Source of the DNA: Heteronotia binoei
Taxonomy: Eukaryota
Assembly: GCF_032191835.1 (NCBI RefSeq)
Contig: NC_083228.1
Span: 109,802,001 to 109,866,000, forward strand
Direction: 5' to 3'
DNA length: 64,000 nt
The notes under the pieces were generated by a model, which worked only from the letters and a program-made list of their open reading frames with translations, did not search any database and was not told where the DNA came from. Below are positions 51,261-63,480 of the stretch, piece by piece (position 1 is the first letter of the stretch; every line of letters starts with the position of its first letter). The position numbers and the translations under genes were made by a program.

Positions 51261-54200
51261 TATATGGATAAAATGTTTAATATGGATTTTATATATATAT
51301 ATATATATTTGTGTGTGTGTGTGTATATTAAAAATGCTTCAACAAAAATCACTGAGAATCACTGACGTAAGGGTGGGTATTTCCACAATGCACTAGGGCC
51401 CAGCCATAGCACTGAATGCCAGCCTACTAGGGCCAAGCAGCAGAACCCAGTGCCAACCTACTAGGGCCCAACAGCAAAAGCCAGTACCCTTGTGGCGAAT
51501 GCCATGCCAGCTTGAGCAGGCTAATTTCAAGCCCAGAATCAAAGTAAGGGGGAGGAGGGTTGCAGGACAGCAGAACCAGTGCAATGGTGGTTGCCCAGCA
51601 GCAGAAGCCAGTGCCAACTTACTAGTGCCCAGCAGCAGAAGCCAGTACCACTGTGGCAAATGGCAGCTCGATACTACTGGGCTTCTCTGTATTGGGCTGG
51701 CCTTGATTCAGGTGGGCTAACAAGTCAAGTTCAAGTTCAAAACCTTTAATGGCATAATAGGGCTAACAAAATGTACTTTTGAATGTCCTGCTGAGTTTCT
51801 ACGGCTCTTGTTTCTGCCAATTATTTTTTAAAAAACCTTACTGGGATTCTCTGGTGTGACTTGGTTAGTTGCTGCCACATTGCCACAGGTTCTGATTCTG
51901 GGCACCAGTAGGTTGGCATTGGGTTCTGCTTCTGGGTACTAATAAATTGCACTGGTTCTGCTGTCCATGCAGAAATCTCTCCCCCACACTTTATTTCAGG
52001 GTTTCCAAATCTGACCTTAGTCCAGTTGGATTTTGGCACTGCCACGGTGGCACTGGTTCAGCTTCTGGCCTTGCAAACATGCCCCCTCCCCGCACCTCAC
52101 TTTTTACTGCAGAGACTTTCTGGGACAATCTGCTGGGCTTGTTGTATACCTTTGCTTCCCCCCTTTGGAAACAATGGAGGACGAGGGCACCCTCTTTGGG
52201 TGCCTGTAGAATTGGACCCTATGGTTCAATCTTTTTGAAACATGGATGTTCTTTTGGGGAGAGGCTCTAGGAGCTACACTGAAAATTTAGTGGCTCTACT
52301 TCAAACTCCCTCTTCCCCAGCCCACTGAATATGCCCTAGGAGGTTTGCCATGGACTAAAATGGAATCCCATAGGATTCCAAAATTTTACCTAAATTCCAG
52401 TACAATACCAATATTGGAATTTGGGTTTTCAAGGCAATACTAAACTTTAAGGGTCCAAATGCCCCAAATAAAAAAAAAATACAATTTTTTTTTTCACATA
52501 CCTATAACTGCTGTTCTTCACTGCTCTTTCTCATCTTACTCTCTCAACATTTCATCACCTCTCACTGGTTGCTCTTAGCAAGACACAGAACCTAACTTGT
52601 CTGTCACGGAGCCTATTCCTGTATGGTGGCCTTGGGGCTTCCCTCTGGGTGTTTTGACTAACTGGGGGTCCTCAGTTGTGGGAAGACCCTCCCTCCCTCC
52701 TCTGATGAGTTTACAACTTATTTTAGCACCAGGCAAGGTTCTGACACAGAGCTGGACAGGGGCAACCATATAGCGTGTTTGAGTTTCACCGCCAGAAAAT
52801 AAAACAGGTGTACATTGTCAAAAAAGGTTGATAAAACAATAAACCTATGTCAAGACCTATTGAGGGTTTTCTACCTATAGTAGTGATACTTAGCACAAAA
52901 GAAGGTTCCATCCATACGCTGACATCAGTTACTTCTCTAAAGGCACCATCTCTATGGAAACAGGGCTGCTGTTTTCTTTCAAACAAGAACTATTTTTTTC
53001 ATGTTACATAATGTTGGTTTTTGGCAAACAGGCTGTGGTATTTCCTGAAGATTCAAAGGGATTTTCTCACCCATTCCCTTCCCCTTTTTTCCTTGCAAAT
53101 ACAAGAATTTACCAGAGTGTTAGCTGGAATCTAATACAGATAGATAGCAATGCCATAGTGATCTGCTTGTTTTCTGGGAGTATATTGTTCTGAAGGATAA
53201 TTCTCCTGACATTTCTTATGTCCAATTTAATCAATTTGTTTTCTACTGGGGCAGGGGGGGTTAGCAAGTTGATACACAAGCTGTGTGCAAACTGGGGAAA
53301 TGCTGCAGGCTTCAGCACCTTCATTTAAAGGGTCTCAAATAGCAGTAATTCATTTTTTTTTCATACTCTGTCTATGAATGTAGCTATACTGGATGTCCGC
53401 TGCCCCAATGTTTTAAATGTTTTAAATGCCAAATGTTTTAAATGTTTTAATGTTTTTAATGGTTTAATACTTAAATTTAAATGTTTTATCTTTAACTTCT
53501 ATTTATGTTATATTCTTGTGTTGTAAGCCGCCCTGAGCCACTTGTTGGGAAGGGCGGGATAGAAGTCATAAAATAAATAAATAAAATAAAATAAAATAAA
53601 TACATTGGAATGCTTTCTTCCCGTTTCATTGTATCTGAAGAAGTGTGTGCGTAACACACGGAAGCTTATACCTTGAATAAAGCTTTGTTGTACTTAAAGA
53701 TGCTACTGGACTTTTACTTTATTCTGTTGCTTCAGACTAACTTGGCTACCCACTTGGAACTAAAAGTAACAGGCAACATCTTTGCCTGCCATTTTTGAGC
53801 ATGCCTGCCTGCAATAATGGGTGAGATAGAACAATGGCCTGACTGAAGGCCAAACTTGATGAAAAGTTCAGAAATAGGAAGATGAATTTCCTGAGTATTT
53901 TTAAATTAGTCAATAGCAGCTACATAGGGAAAAGTGAGCTAATATTTCCCCCCTTTTTGTTTTCCTGACCTCAGGGAACTATTTGTTCTGTTGGGAACAA
54001 CAACCAGCTGATAAACCTCCAGTGGAGCCAATAGCAACTTCAGGGAACTATGCAAGAGAAGAAAAATAGCATGAAGTTAATTGGTTAATCCAATCAAAAT
54101 CAGGGCCCTTTACTATTAAAAATCCTCAGGAGATCCATAGGAGATCTATTTTGACTCTTAGTAACAGGCAGCTGTTCCACAAAATGCTGTTTCCAATTTT

Positions 54201-55234
54201 AAATGAAAGGAGATCATTTTTACACACACACAATCTTGGGGACCAATCTTTCCTTTCCCACATATAGGTTGTGAGCTTTTCCATCAATATTACATATGAT
54301 GGCATTAAGGAAAACGTATTATTTCATGTCTGGAAAGAGTGTCTCATGTATTTTTGCTATAATGTACAATGTATAGAGCTCATTAAAAAGCAATGTATTT
54401 ATATGTGCATAAATGTAAATATTTACTTTGCATTGTATTTTGTAAGATGTAATCATTAAAAATGAAGATAGTTTCCTTCATTTTCCTTTTTTTTTTTTTG
54501 CAGGATTGTTTCTCACAGCCATTTTGCCACAGACATAGAATGACAACATCCTCATCTCATTTTCTGTATTCTGTAACAATCTGCTTTGTGTGATTCTGTT
54601 GTCAGGATGGTGTAAACTTTAGCTCTGCTGGTCTTCACAGGATTTGATAGATCCACAAAAAGAAAATGTAGCTTTAACTATGTATTGGTCATTTGTGCTC
54701 ATAATCCATGAACCTCAGAAGAATGGGTTGTTGGTGTGACATTTGTGTGTGCAGTTGTGAAGAAATAAATTAGTCCATCAACATTTTGTTTGCTGTTTAT
54801 TTTGTTTTCTTAAATTATAACAATCATATTTTTATAAATGAATGAATCAGTTTAAGCTTTCTTGAGAATGATTTCACTAGAGATAGAAGTAATATATTGG
54901 GGGGTTGTTTTGTTTGTTTTTACAGAAAATGAGAGTTTTGATGAGATTATACCTTTTTTTAATGGCCACATGTATGACTTTTAGAGGAACACGAGGTGGG
55001 GTCCACAAAACTCACTAGGGGGGAATCTCATATCTCCCCCTTCACTGGCTCAGGCCCAACCACTCACTACAGCATGTCTGGGAGCCTCTCCAAGCCCCAA
55101 GTGGCTCCTTGCATGTGCCATGATGGGGGCCAAGCCCAGAACAGTCCCCATTTCTGCCACCACAGCTGGACTCAGAGCAGCTCCCATGTCTGCTGCAGAT
55201 GGCCCCTGAGTAGCTCCCCCATGTGCCTCTGCTG

Positions 55235-55732
55235 TAGGGTTGCCAAGTCCAATTCAAGAAATATCTGGGGACTTTGGGGGTGGGGTCAGGAGATATTGGA
55301 GATGAAGTCATGAGCAAGGTTGGAACAAGTACAATTGGATTCCAAAGGGAGTTCTTGCCATCATATTTAAAGGGATGACACACCTTTTCAATGCCTTCCT
55401 TCCATAGGAAATAATTAAGGATAGCGGCACCATCTTTGGGGGCTCATAGAATTGGACCCCCTGGTCCAATCTTTTTGAAACTTGGGGGATATTTTGGAGA
55501 GAGGCACTAGATGCTATACTGCAAATTTGGTGCCTCTACCCCAAAAAACAGCCCCCCCCAGAGCCCCAGATACCCGCGGATCAATTCTCCATGATTTTCT
55601 ATGGGAATAAATCTCCATAGGGAATCAGCAGACATTTCCCTCCCCTCCCCCCGCTTTCTGACGACCCTGGAGCGGGGGGAGGGTCTCCAAAACAGGGGAT
55701 CCCCTGCCCCCACCTGGGGATTGGCAACCCTA
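55235..55732. mobile_element. TAGGGTTGCCA-family hAT element
   Basis: Both TIRs present, body matches 8015-8470; no TSD found. Confidence 0.8.
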
Positions 55733-55811
55733 TCACACCCCCTGATGCCAAACCAGCTGGAACTGCCTTCCTGTGCATTCCTGCTAAAAAAAAAAAAGCC
55801 CTGGCTAAAAT

Positions 55812-56030
55812 AGAAGAGATTGGATTTATACCCCACCCTTCATGATCTGAAGGAGTCTCAGCAGCTTACAATCTATCTTCTTTTCTCCTCTCCACAACAG
55901 ACACCTTGTGTGAGAACCTGTGACTGACTCAAGGTCACATCAGCAGGTGCGTGTGGAGGAGTCGGGAATCAAACCTGGTTCTCCCAGGTACGAATCTGCA
56001 CACATAACCACTACACCAAACTGACTCTCT
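55812..56030 (-). mobile_element. Squam3-like SINE
   Basis: GAAGAGATTGGATTTATACCCC tail and CCACTACACCAAACTG head as in the 32657 copy. Confidence 0.8.
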
Positions 56031-56446
56031 AGATTGTTATTAGTATGTGCATTAAACCAAGACTCATTCACCAGTCCTAAGTAATGAATTGATAGACTAC
56101 AAATATTGTTAATAATAATTTACATAACAGTGTTTATGTATGATCTTGATGGATAGTATTGTATTTTTGTGGTTCCATTTGGATAACTGTGGTATTTTAA
56201 AAAGCACTTTTGCTATACAAGAAAGATTAGTTTGATTACACCCTTCCAGTAATGCATGTGGAGATACTTCAGTTTTAATGATATACAGAAATGTTCTAAT
56301 AAGTCACTAGAAAGAAGCTGAAAACACTCTCAGCCTCTTATGGAAAAATTGTTTATTGGAGTATATGTCAAGAAGCAGCCTCAGTCTTGTATCATGAAAT
56401 TTTGTCATTGTACTTTACATCATAAGGTTAAACATATGAAGTGGGC

Positions 56447-56632
56447 AGGGATTGTGGCTCAGTGATAGAGCATCTGCTTTGCATGCAGAAGGTTCCAGAT
56501 TCAATCCTGACATCTCCAGCTAAAAGGATCAGGTGGTAAGTGATGTTAAAGACCTCTCTACTAGAAGAGCTCCTGTTATTCTCACCTTGAGAAACCAATG
56601 ATCTGATTCAGTATAAGGCAGCTTCATGTGTA
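56447..56632 (+). mobile_element. tRNA(Ala)-like-headed SINE with CR1-type tail
   Basis: GGGGATTGTGGCTCAGTGATAGAGCATCTGCTTTGCATG head; TCAGTATAAGGCAGCTTCATGTG tail. Confidence 0.75.
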
Positions 56633-56835
56633 CTTAGTGTTATGATACATAATTGGAACAGATCTGAATCAGGACTGTAGTGATGGGAAGGTTAACTCTC
56701 CCTTTCTTGAATAAAAGTGCCACTGGACTCAAACTTAGTTCTTCCCTTAACCCAAAGAGGCATTGTACATTTAAGCTGGGAGAATCAGCTGAAGGATACA
56801 GAGTCAGAAGCAGGTAACTGGGATAGCCACCAATG

Positions 56836-57419
56836 TGTACCAGGATTTTTCTCTTTAGGAGAACTCTTAAAATAAACCATGCAAATGCTGAACTGGAAAG
56901 GTTTTTATTTTTAAAAAGGAAAATGGAAATAAACAAAAATGCATACACACACTGAAACACACAGAAGAACTAACTAAGAAAAGCAGGGAGTAAGGGGAGT
57001 GATTTCTAGAGAAGGATGGTAATGACCGATCTTGATGAGGTCCATAGAAGTAGCAACCTGAAGGACAAAACAGCCAGCGTCTGGGGAGGTGTGTGTGAGA
57101 GAAGAGCCCACAAAGTTTAGGTGAATGTGGTTGGTACCAGGAACACAGACTGCTGGGTAGCAGGGGGCCATAGTTATAGGGCAAAATGTACCCTTAGGCA
57201 AGAATGACAGGCTTGCCAGAAAACAATGACTTAGTGGTTTTATCAGGCGTAGACAAAAGGTGTGACAGGCTTGATGGTTCTACAAGCACTGGATGGGAAG
57301 AGCAATTGGGAAGAGAAAATATTTAAGCATTGATTAATTGCGGCTTAATCAGGGGGTAATGGGTGAGGCTGTGGTGCTGATGGGATTATGCTGAGTGAAT
57401 TAATAGGTCCTGGGTAACC
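56836..57419 (-). mobile_element. Probable solo LTR (about 584 bp)
   Basis: Related inverted ends (TGTACCAGGAT vs GGTTACCCAGGAC), minus-strand TATAA near 57175 and AATAAA near 56907; GATCGGT(C/A)ATTA motif shared with the LTR at 58178; TSD imperfect (AATG/CATG). Confidence 0.55.
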
Positions 57420-58094
57420 CATGTTCTAAAGTCCTGCATCCCTCCAGGGCAAGGAAGAAGTAGTAGGCAGCCAGCTGCTCTGACTTGCTTTTAAAAATAG
57501 TTTTTCCAGGCTCATGCCTGGCTGACATTCATCTTGCTCCCAAGCAGTACCCTGCATCTCAAATATTGGGGTGATATTAAGAGGGCTGTTTCTCTCTTTA
57601 TCCATAAACTGTCCCTCTGTGGGAGTAGGGGTCTGCCTGCTAACATGACCAGAAATACATTCCATGTTCCTGAACAAAACTACCCCAGACAGATTAAATG
57701 TATTACATTTGGATGCAATATACTGCATGCATATTCTGCCAAGGAAATTTTCCGTAGTTAAAAATTGTTCCATGGGACTGGTTCTGAAACATTTCCCAGA
57801 GCTCAAACATTGTTAATTTGATGCTAGTGCTAGTTCCAATGATCAGGAGTTCACAAATGCAACGACTACTGTTTCCAAACAACATGATTATTCATCTTAC
57901 TTTTCCCTGCTTACCAATTGCTGGCAAACCATAAGATCCATGAGTTACCAGATGGTCTCATCACACTGCTCACTCCATTAACCACGGAGTCCATTCCCTG
58001 TGTGTTTTAAAACCGACTGGCTGGGAAGAAGCAATGGAACTACTGGTTCTGTGTAGTAGTTTCAGTCTGTGCTGTAAGTTTTGAGATCCTATAC

Positions 58095-59581
58095 CAGGGG
58101 TGGCCAATGGTAGCTTTCCAGATGTTTTTTTGCCTACAACTCCCATCAGCCCCAGCCAGCATGGACAATGGCTGGGGTGTGAAAAAAATACCCCTACTTC
58201 CAGAACGTCGTAGTCACCTGCTTGGTTGCCAGGGTGCCTGGAGACTCAGCTCACACACATCTGCTAGGAGAACATGGGCTTTGTCTAACCAAACTGGAAG
58301 GGACTTATGAGTACCAACAGCCATAACGTTGCAGCAGCACTCCGTGTCTCTGGAGGAGTGCTAACCAGGAGGACAGATGGTTTCCAGTCGCCCCGTGCTA
58401 TCTCCATCTTGGCTTTGGAAGCGGACGAAGGTGCGCCGCTAGGAACTGTTCAGGCAAGCGGTTTCTAGCCTCGATCATAGAATCCACTTTGGGAGGTTAA
58501 CACCACCAGCAGCTATCTTCCTGCAGTGCCAGACTCCATTTCAGCGAAGCGGGAGGCTCACATACTCAACAGATGTCACCTATGCATAAGAGCCATCAAG
58601 CTTATCTTAGGCATGGATCCTGCCAGACCACCTAAGCCTTTGTCCAACAGAACTCAAGACAAAGACTGGTGCCAATAGAAGATTGAAGAGGAGGAAGAAC
58701 ATCTTCACCCACAGCCAAGTCCCATTGTATAGACTGGGTGTTACCTAGGTAGCAATTTGGCCATCTATTGTCCCCTTTTTAGATAAGTTTGATAGACTTA
58801 AGTACCCCCCACCTTAACAATTGTTCCCATTCTTTCCCTTAACGGTCATCCTGGAGCCTCCCCCTTGGTCCATTGTTACCTGGAAGTCCAATCAGGTAAC
58901 TAAGGCCAAGTCTGCTCATTGGCTAGCTATGAGCATCCAATCAGGGAATGCCAATTAACTGGCTATTGGCTACTGCAGAAGTCCAGCCCTTATGGTCACT
59001 GCAGGGCCTCCCCTCTTTCTGAGGTCATGTACCAGCTGACCACTGTCATCCGCCCTTGTACCTCCCATTCCCTGAGGGCTCAAGGTAGTCCTTATAACCT
59101 GTGACCCAGCTCCTCACAGGTGTGCATCTAGCAGTACCCCAGTTCCGCTGTCTAGATACATCCTCGATTCCTGATCAGTTGAGGTTCCCCTCCCTCTAGT
59201 CCTCGTTTGTCGCCGTTGGAGCCTTCCTTGAAGACTACGATCGGTAATTATCACCCTGTTTGTCCATCCTTGTGTTATCTCTGAATCTATCTCTATTTTT
59301 CTTAGGACAGTATGTGTGTTTTTATGAGTTTATTGTCTTGTATGTATGCCTATATTTTTCTGGAACAAATTTTAATTGTTTTTACTTAATTAGTGTCCCT
59401 GGTAAATTTAAGCAATAATTTCTGGACTTGTATCCTGTATATACATAGATTAAAAGATCCTGTTTAAGCCAGGTGCCCACCTGTCAATTCCCCAACCTCG
59501 TTTTGAGGGCATTTTGGCTTACAGGGGCTGATGGGAGTTGTAGGCAAAAAACATCTGGAGAGCTACCATTGGCCACCTCTG
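58095..59581. mobile_element. Palindromic hAT MITE (137 bp when empty) split by an LTR
   Basis: TIRs CAGGGGTGGCCAATGGTAGCT / AGCTACCATTGGCCACCTCTG; TSD TCCTATAC / TCCTGTAC (7/8). Confidence 0.9.
58178..59523 (+). mobile_element. Large solo LTR (1346 bp)
   Basis: TGTGA...TTACA ends, 4-bp TSD GGGG (58174-58177, 59524-59527); CCAAT boxes near 58888 and 58937, TATAA at 59093, ATTAAA at 59449. Confidence 0.85.
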
Positions 59582-59858
59582 TCCTGTACCCTTACATTGA
59601 CACACACACACAGAGGTCCTGAAGACCTGGAAAAGCTAAACTTCTCGGTCCATGGCTGAGTTATGCTCGCAACTGACTGTTCAGGTAGACTCAGCAAGGA
59701 AACACACACACACAAAGATTTTAAATAAAGTAGTGTGTATTGTACAAGTATTTACAAGGTGAATATATACAAGAGCTTGCACAGAGTGCCAAAGTGCTTC
59801 GACAATCATCAGATAAATCCCAAGGGGAGAACACTAAGTAACCCATGTGCATTTATAC

Positions 59859-60552
59859 TGAGGCGGGAGCCAAGAAGGAAATATTGGAAAGAGTTTTTAG
59901 ATTTATGGAAAGAGAATATATTAGGATGCAGGGGTCAAAAGAGACAGGCCTGCTCGGGCATGTCCCGACTTGCCTGGCTAATAGACTGTATTGGCTCAGG
60001 TTAATTTAGGCTTGCTGGCATAAGCATTTAGGCTTAGCTGAGCTCAGGTATATAGAAATAGCAAGATAGCTCGGTTTAGCTCAGGCTCCCGACAGTAGTA
60101 TTTTGGCTTGGGGTGGCTCAGGCTTTGCAGGTGTTAGAAGCAAAAGGAAGCAGAAAGACTTCCCACAAACAGAACAACCAAAAACCACAGAGGAAAGTTG
60201 CCTAGGAAACAGATGGACCAAAAGAGGTTAGAAGAGGAACTGATAGGCGACCGAAAGGGGAACATGTTGTATAAACGTAGCATGTTGTATAGACGTTGAC
60301 TTTTGGGTTTTTGGGCTTTTGGTTTTGGTTTATGTGGTTTATGCAAAGTTAACTGAACGAAGTCAACAGTTGTGCAAATGGTATATAAGGCCTGTGTGCC
60401 TCTGTGATTTTGCTCAGACTCTCGGGTCTGCAGCCCGTGTACAGGGCCCATGTGCACGTTAAATAAAGAAAGCTGTTTTCCTGACTTCTCCTCATGCTGC
60501 CTTTGTTATTGATCCGGCTGAAATTGGTAATGTATGACCTTTTCCTGCTACA
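59859..60552 (+). mobile_element. Solo LTR (694 bp)
   Basis: TG...CA ends, 4-bp TSD ATAC (59855-59858, 60553-60556); TATATAA at 60382, AATAAA at 60462. Confidence 0.8.
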
Positions 60553-60965
60553 ATACTACAGCCAGCCAATAGTAACATAGTGCTGAGTCATTTACCCACT
60601 CCCACATGTCCTTGTACAGAGAAAAAAAACCTGCACACCTGACTCAGCTCACATGATCTTATCTGTCACTGGCTGTCACTCTCAGATGCTCACAATCTAA
60701 GCATTGCATCATACATTATACAGACTCAACTACTGACAAAACTGGTTACTGATAGTTAAAGATATAACAATACCAGGGGTCAGAAAGTATGCAGTGCAAT
60801 ATGGGGGAGGGGGGATGCCTGCAATTACTTACAATTTATCTTCAATGAACCAAACATTATGTTCATGCATTCCTCTCACAAAAGTTCCGCCATAACTTTG
60901 ATTTTATCAATGAGAGTTCAAAAGGGCCCTATGCAGGACTTAGGGGAATGAAGACAAGGAGCATT

Positions 60966-61328
60966 TGTCAAGCATGCGGGTTCAATGATGAGTCGAAGTT
61001 GATACAAAGACTCCGTTTATTGATAGACTGATACTTTAGCCAAAGGTATTTCTTGAGAGTAATGAAACTGATACATTGATACAAAACTTTCCAAGGAAGG
61101 GGGCTGCGGGGAAGCATTCACACCTAAACTATCAGACTGTATATTTTCCCAGGACGTTTATCAGAACTTTGTCCTTGCTTTCGCCAGATATCTCATCCTC
61201 CCTCCGGAGGATATATGGGAAGGTGCTGATTACTTTGTTCCCTTCACACTACTCTAAATTAACAGCCATAAAGCGGGAAAAGAAAAGGGAAAGAATAACA
61301 TACAAATGAACTGGGGTCCTTCATGACA
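60966..61328 (-). mobile_element. Probable solo LTR (363 bp)
   Basis: Perfect TGTCA...TGACA ends; minus-strand AATAAA about 50 nt from the 3' end; TSD only partly matched (ATT). Confidence 0.6.
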
Positions 61329-62906
61329 ATTCACAGACCAGATATAGGCAGGACCCTAAAGTAATCAATTGGCGATAATGTTCAACCATGCTTGACAGCA
61401 TTAACTTCTCCAGTTTCCAGGTAGGAATGGAGCCAATGGAGAGATGGTGGTAAGGGTGAGTAAGGAACTGATTGGAAAGGATAGGGCCATGTTGCCATAT
61501 TGCAGAATTCACAGCCTAAGGCAAATGTATCTCACCATATGGATGAGATGGCTTTAATTATACTGAAACTCTGGATGTGCATTTGCCACTTCAAAGTCTA
61601 CAATATTTGTGTATAAATGTATCTATATATAACACATGACACCATGCATTCACATGGTGTATCCTAGGGTTGTATCCTAGAGCACCCATCCAAAGGGATC
61701 TGTGTTTTTTGCTGATTGGCCACTTAATCTGCAGCCCTCTCCATAGAAGAAGAAGAAGATATTGAATTTATATTCAATATATCCCCTCCCTCATACTACG
61801 AATCTCAGAGTCTCTGAATCTCAGAATCTCATAGCAACACAAACTGTTTTGGGGGAGGGGAGGAGTGTGGAGGGCTGCAGAAGTTGGGAAGAGATAAGAA
61901 CTTTCCATTCCATAATTGAGTCTGTACTCCTGATTCTTTTGATTACACATTTAAGAACAGTTCGGAAAACAGTCAGCACAGTGCACTGGTGTGAAAACAG
62001 GCAACAATATAACTGAGTAATTAACTTCCAAGTTAATTAACATACAAGGTGAGGATCTTATTGTAGTAGCCAGCTCACCTGGTGGATAACCCCATGCAAT
62101 CCATCTTCAAGGTAAACATTCCATCTAGCCTGACTAGATGTTGCAAAAGGGAGAGGAATATTTTCCTGGGTCAGCCATAGGTACAAGATGCTCTGCAATG
62201 GTGGCAAGATGCAGGATATTACTTGGCTTTCTCCCTTCTGGTATATGCTACACTCAACAGGCATAGAAGCTTTCCAGCCTGAAGATGGGAGCTGGTCTGT
62301 TAACATGCTGATAACACAACACAGTGTAGAACAGAAACTTTGCATTCAAAACCTGAGGTTTCTGACATGGTGAACACACTCCTGAAGTCTTGCCAACACA
62401 AATTTTTGACTACTGAAAAGCAGTAATGTATACACTCTCTGCCTGTAGTTGCAGCTAGTCAGACACACGTCTCAGATATGACTCACAATATTCCAATTGT
62501 CTTGGAACTTGCACCCTCAGATATCTATTTGACGCCTTTCCAGCTATAGCTTCACAGAAGGCAATGGGAAATATTTTACTTAATTCAAAACATACTAGCT
62601 TTACTCAGCTGTGGTGTGAACTGTGTGCAAATAAAATGTTATTATGGCTATCAGAATATATTTTGTAACCAAAATACCCTCCACTTTCCCAAGATGATTT
62701 GACTATAGATGGGAGGGGAACGCCACAAACAATGGGTGTTTCATGAGGACCATCCCTGCATGTCATGTGCATATAACATCAACAAAATGTCAAGCTAGCA
62801 TCTCAATAGCTTACTTACCTTAACCTGTAGTAATACTTCCTATAAATGGTGACCGAGTTATTGTAGAAATGTTGTGCTGTTTTCAATTACTCTACTAAGC
62901 ATGATA

Positions 62907-63480
62907 AATCCAGGCGGACAGCTGTGTTGGTCTGAAGAAGATGAAGAAGATATTGGATTTATATCCCACCCTCCACTCTGAAGAGTCAGAGCAGCTCACA
63001 ATCTCCTTTACCTTCCTCCCCCACAACAGACACTCTGTGAGGTGGGTAGGGCTGGAAAGGGCTCTCACAGCAGCTTCGCTTTCAAGGACAACCTCTGCCA
63101 GAGCTATGGCTGACCCAAGGCCATGCTAGCAGGTACAAGTGGAGGAGTGGGGAATCAAACCCGGTTCTCCCAGATAAGAGTCCGCATACTTAACCACTAC
63201 ACCAAACTAGCACTACACCAATAGAACAATGTTGGAGTCCAGTGGAACCTTTAACACCAACACAATTTTATTAAGAATATAAGCTTTTGTGTGCATGCAC
63301 ACTTTATCAGACAATGAAATGGGGTACAGTGAGCAATGCTACATATAGCAGGTGGGCAGTGGTTAAGCATGCAAAATAGTACAAAGTTAGAATTCAGTGG
63401 CAAAACAGTGAAATTAACAAACTGAAAGAATAGCAAGCTTGGTCTGGATAGCATCAGTTGAGTGGGAAAACAGCAAAGGT
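62907..63480. mobile_element. Penelope-like element interrupted by a SINE
   Basis: CAGCTGTGTTGGTCTGAAG then, after the SINE, ATAGAACAATGTTGGAGTCCAGTGGAACCTTTAACACCAAC; right boundary uncertain. Confidence 0.65.
62935..63215 (-). mobile_element. Gecko Squam3B-like SINE, near full length
   Basis: (CTT)n-like tail GAAGAAGATGAAGAAGATATTGG; body matches the 32657 copy. Confidence 0.88.

Noticed and set aside
56447-56520. tRNA-Ala gene
   Set aside because: Stems are degenerate and it runs straight into a SINE body and tail with no T-run terminator.
61076-61309. ORF 61076..61309 and an exon-like frame DVYQNFVLAFARYLILPPEDIWEG
   Set aside because: Lies inside the LTR-like element 60966-61328; no recognisable protein family.
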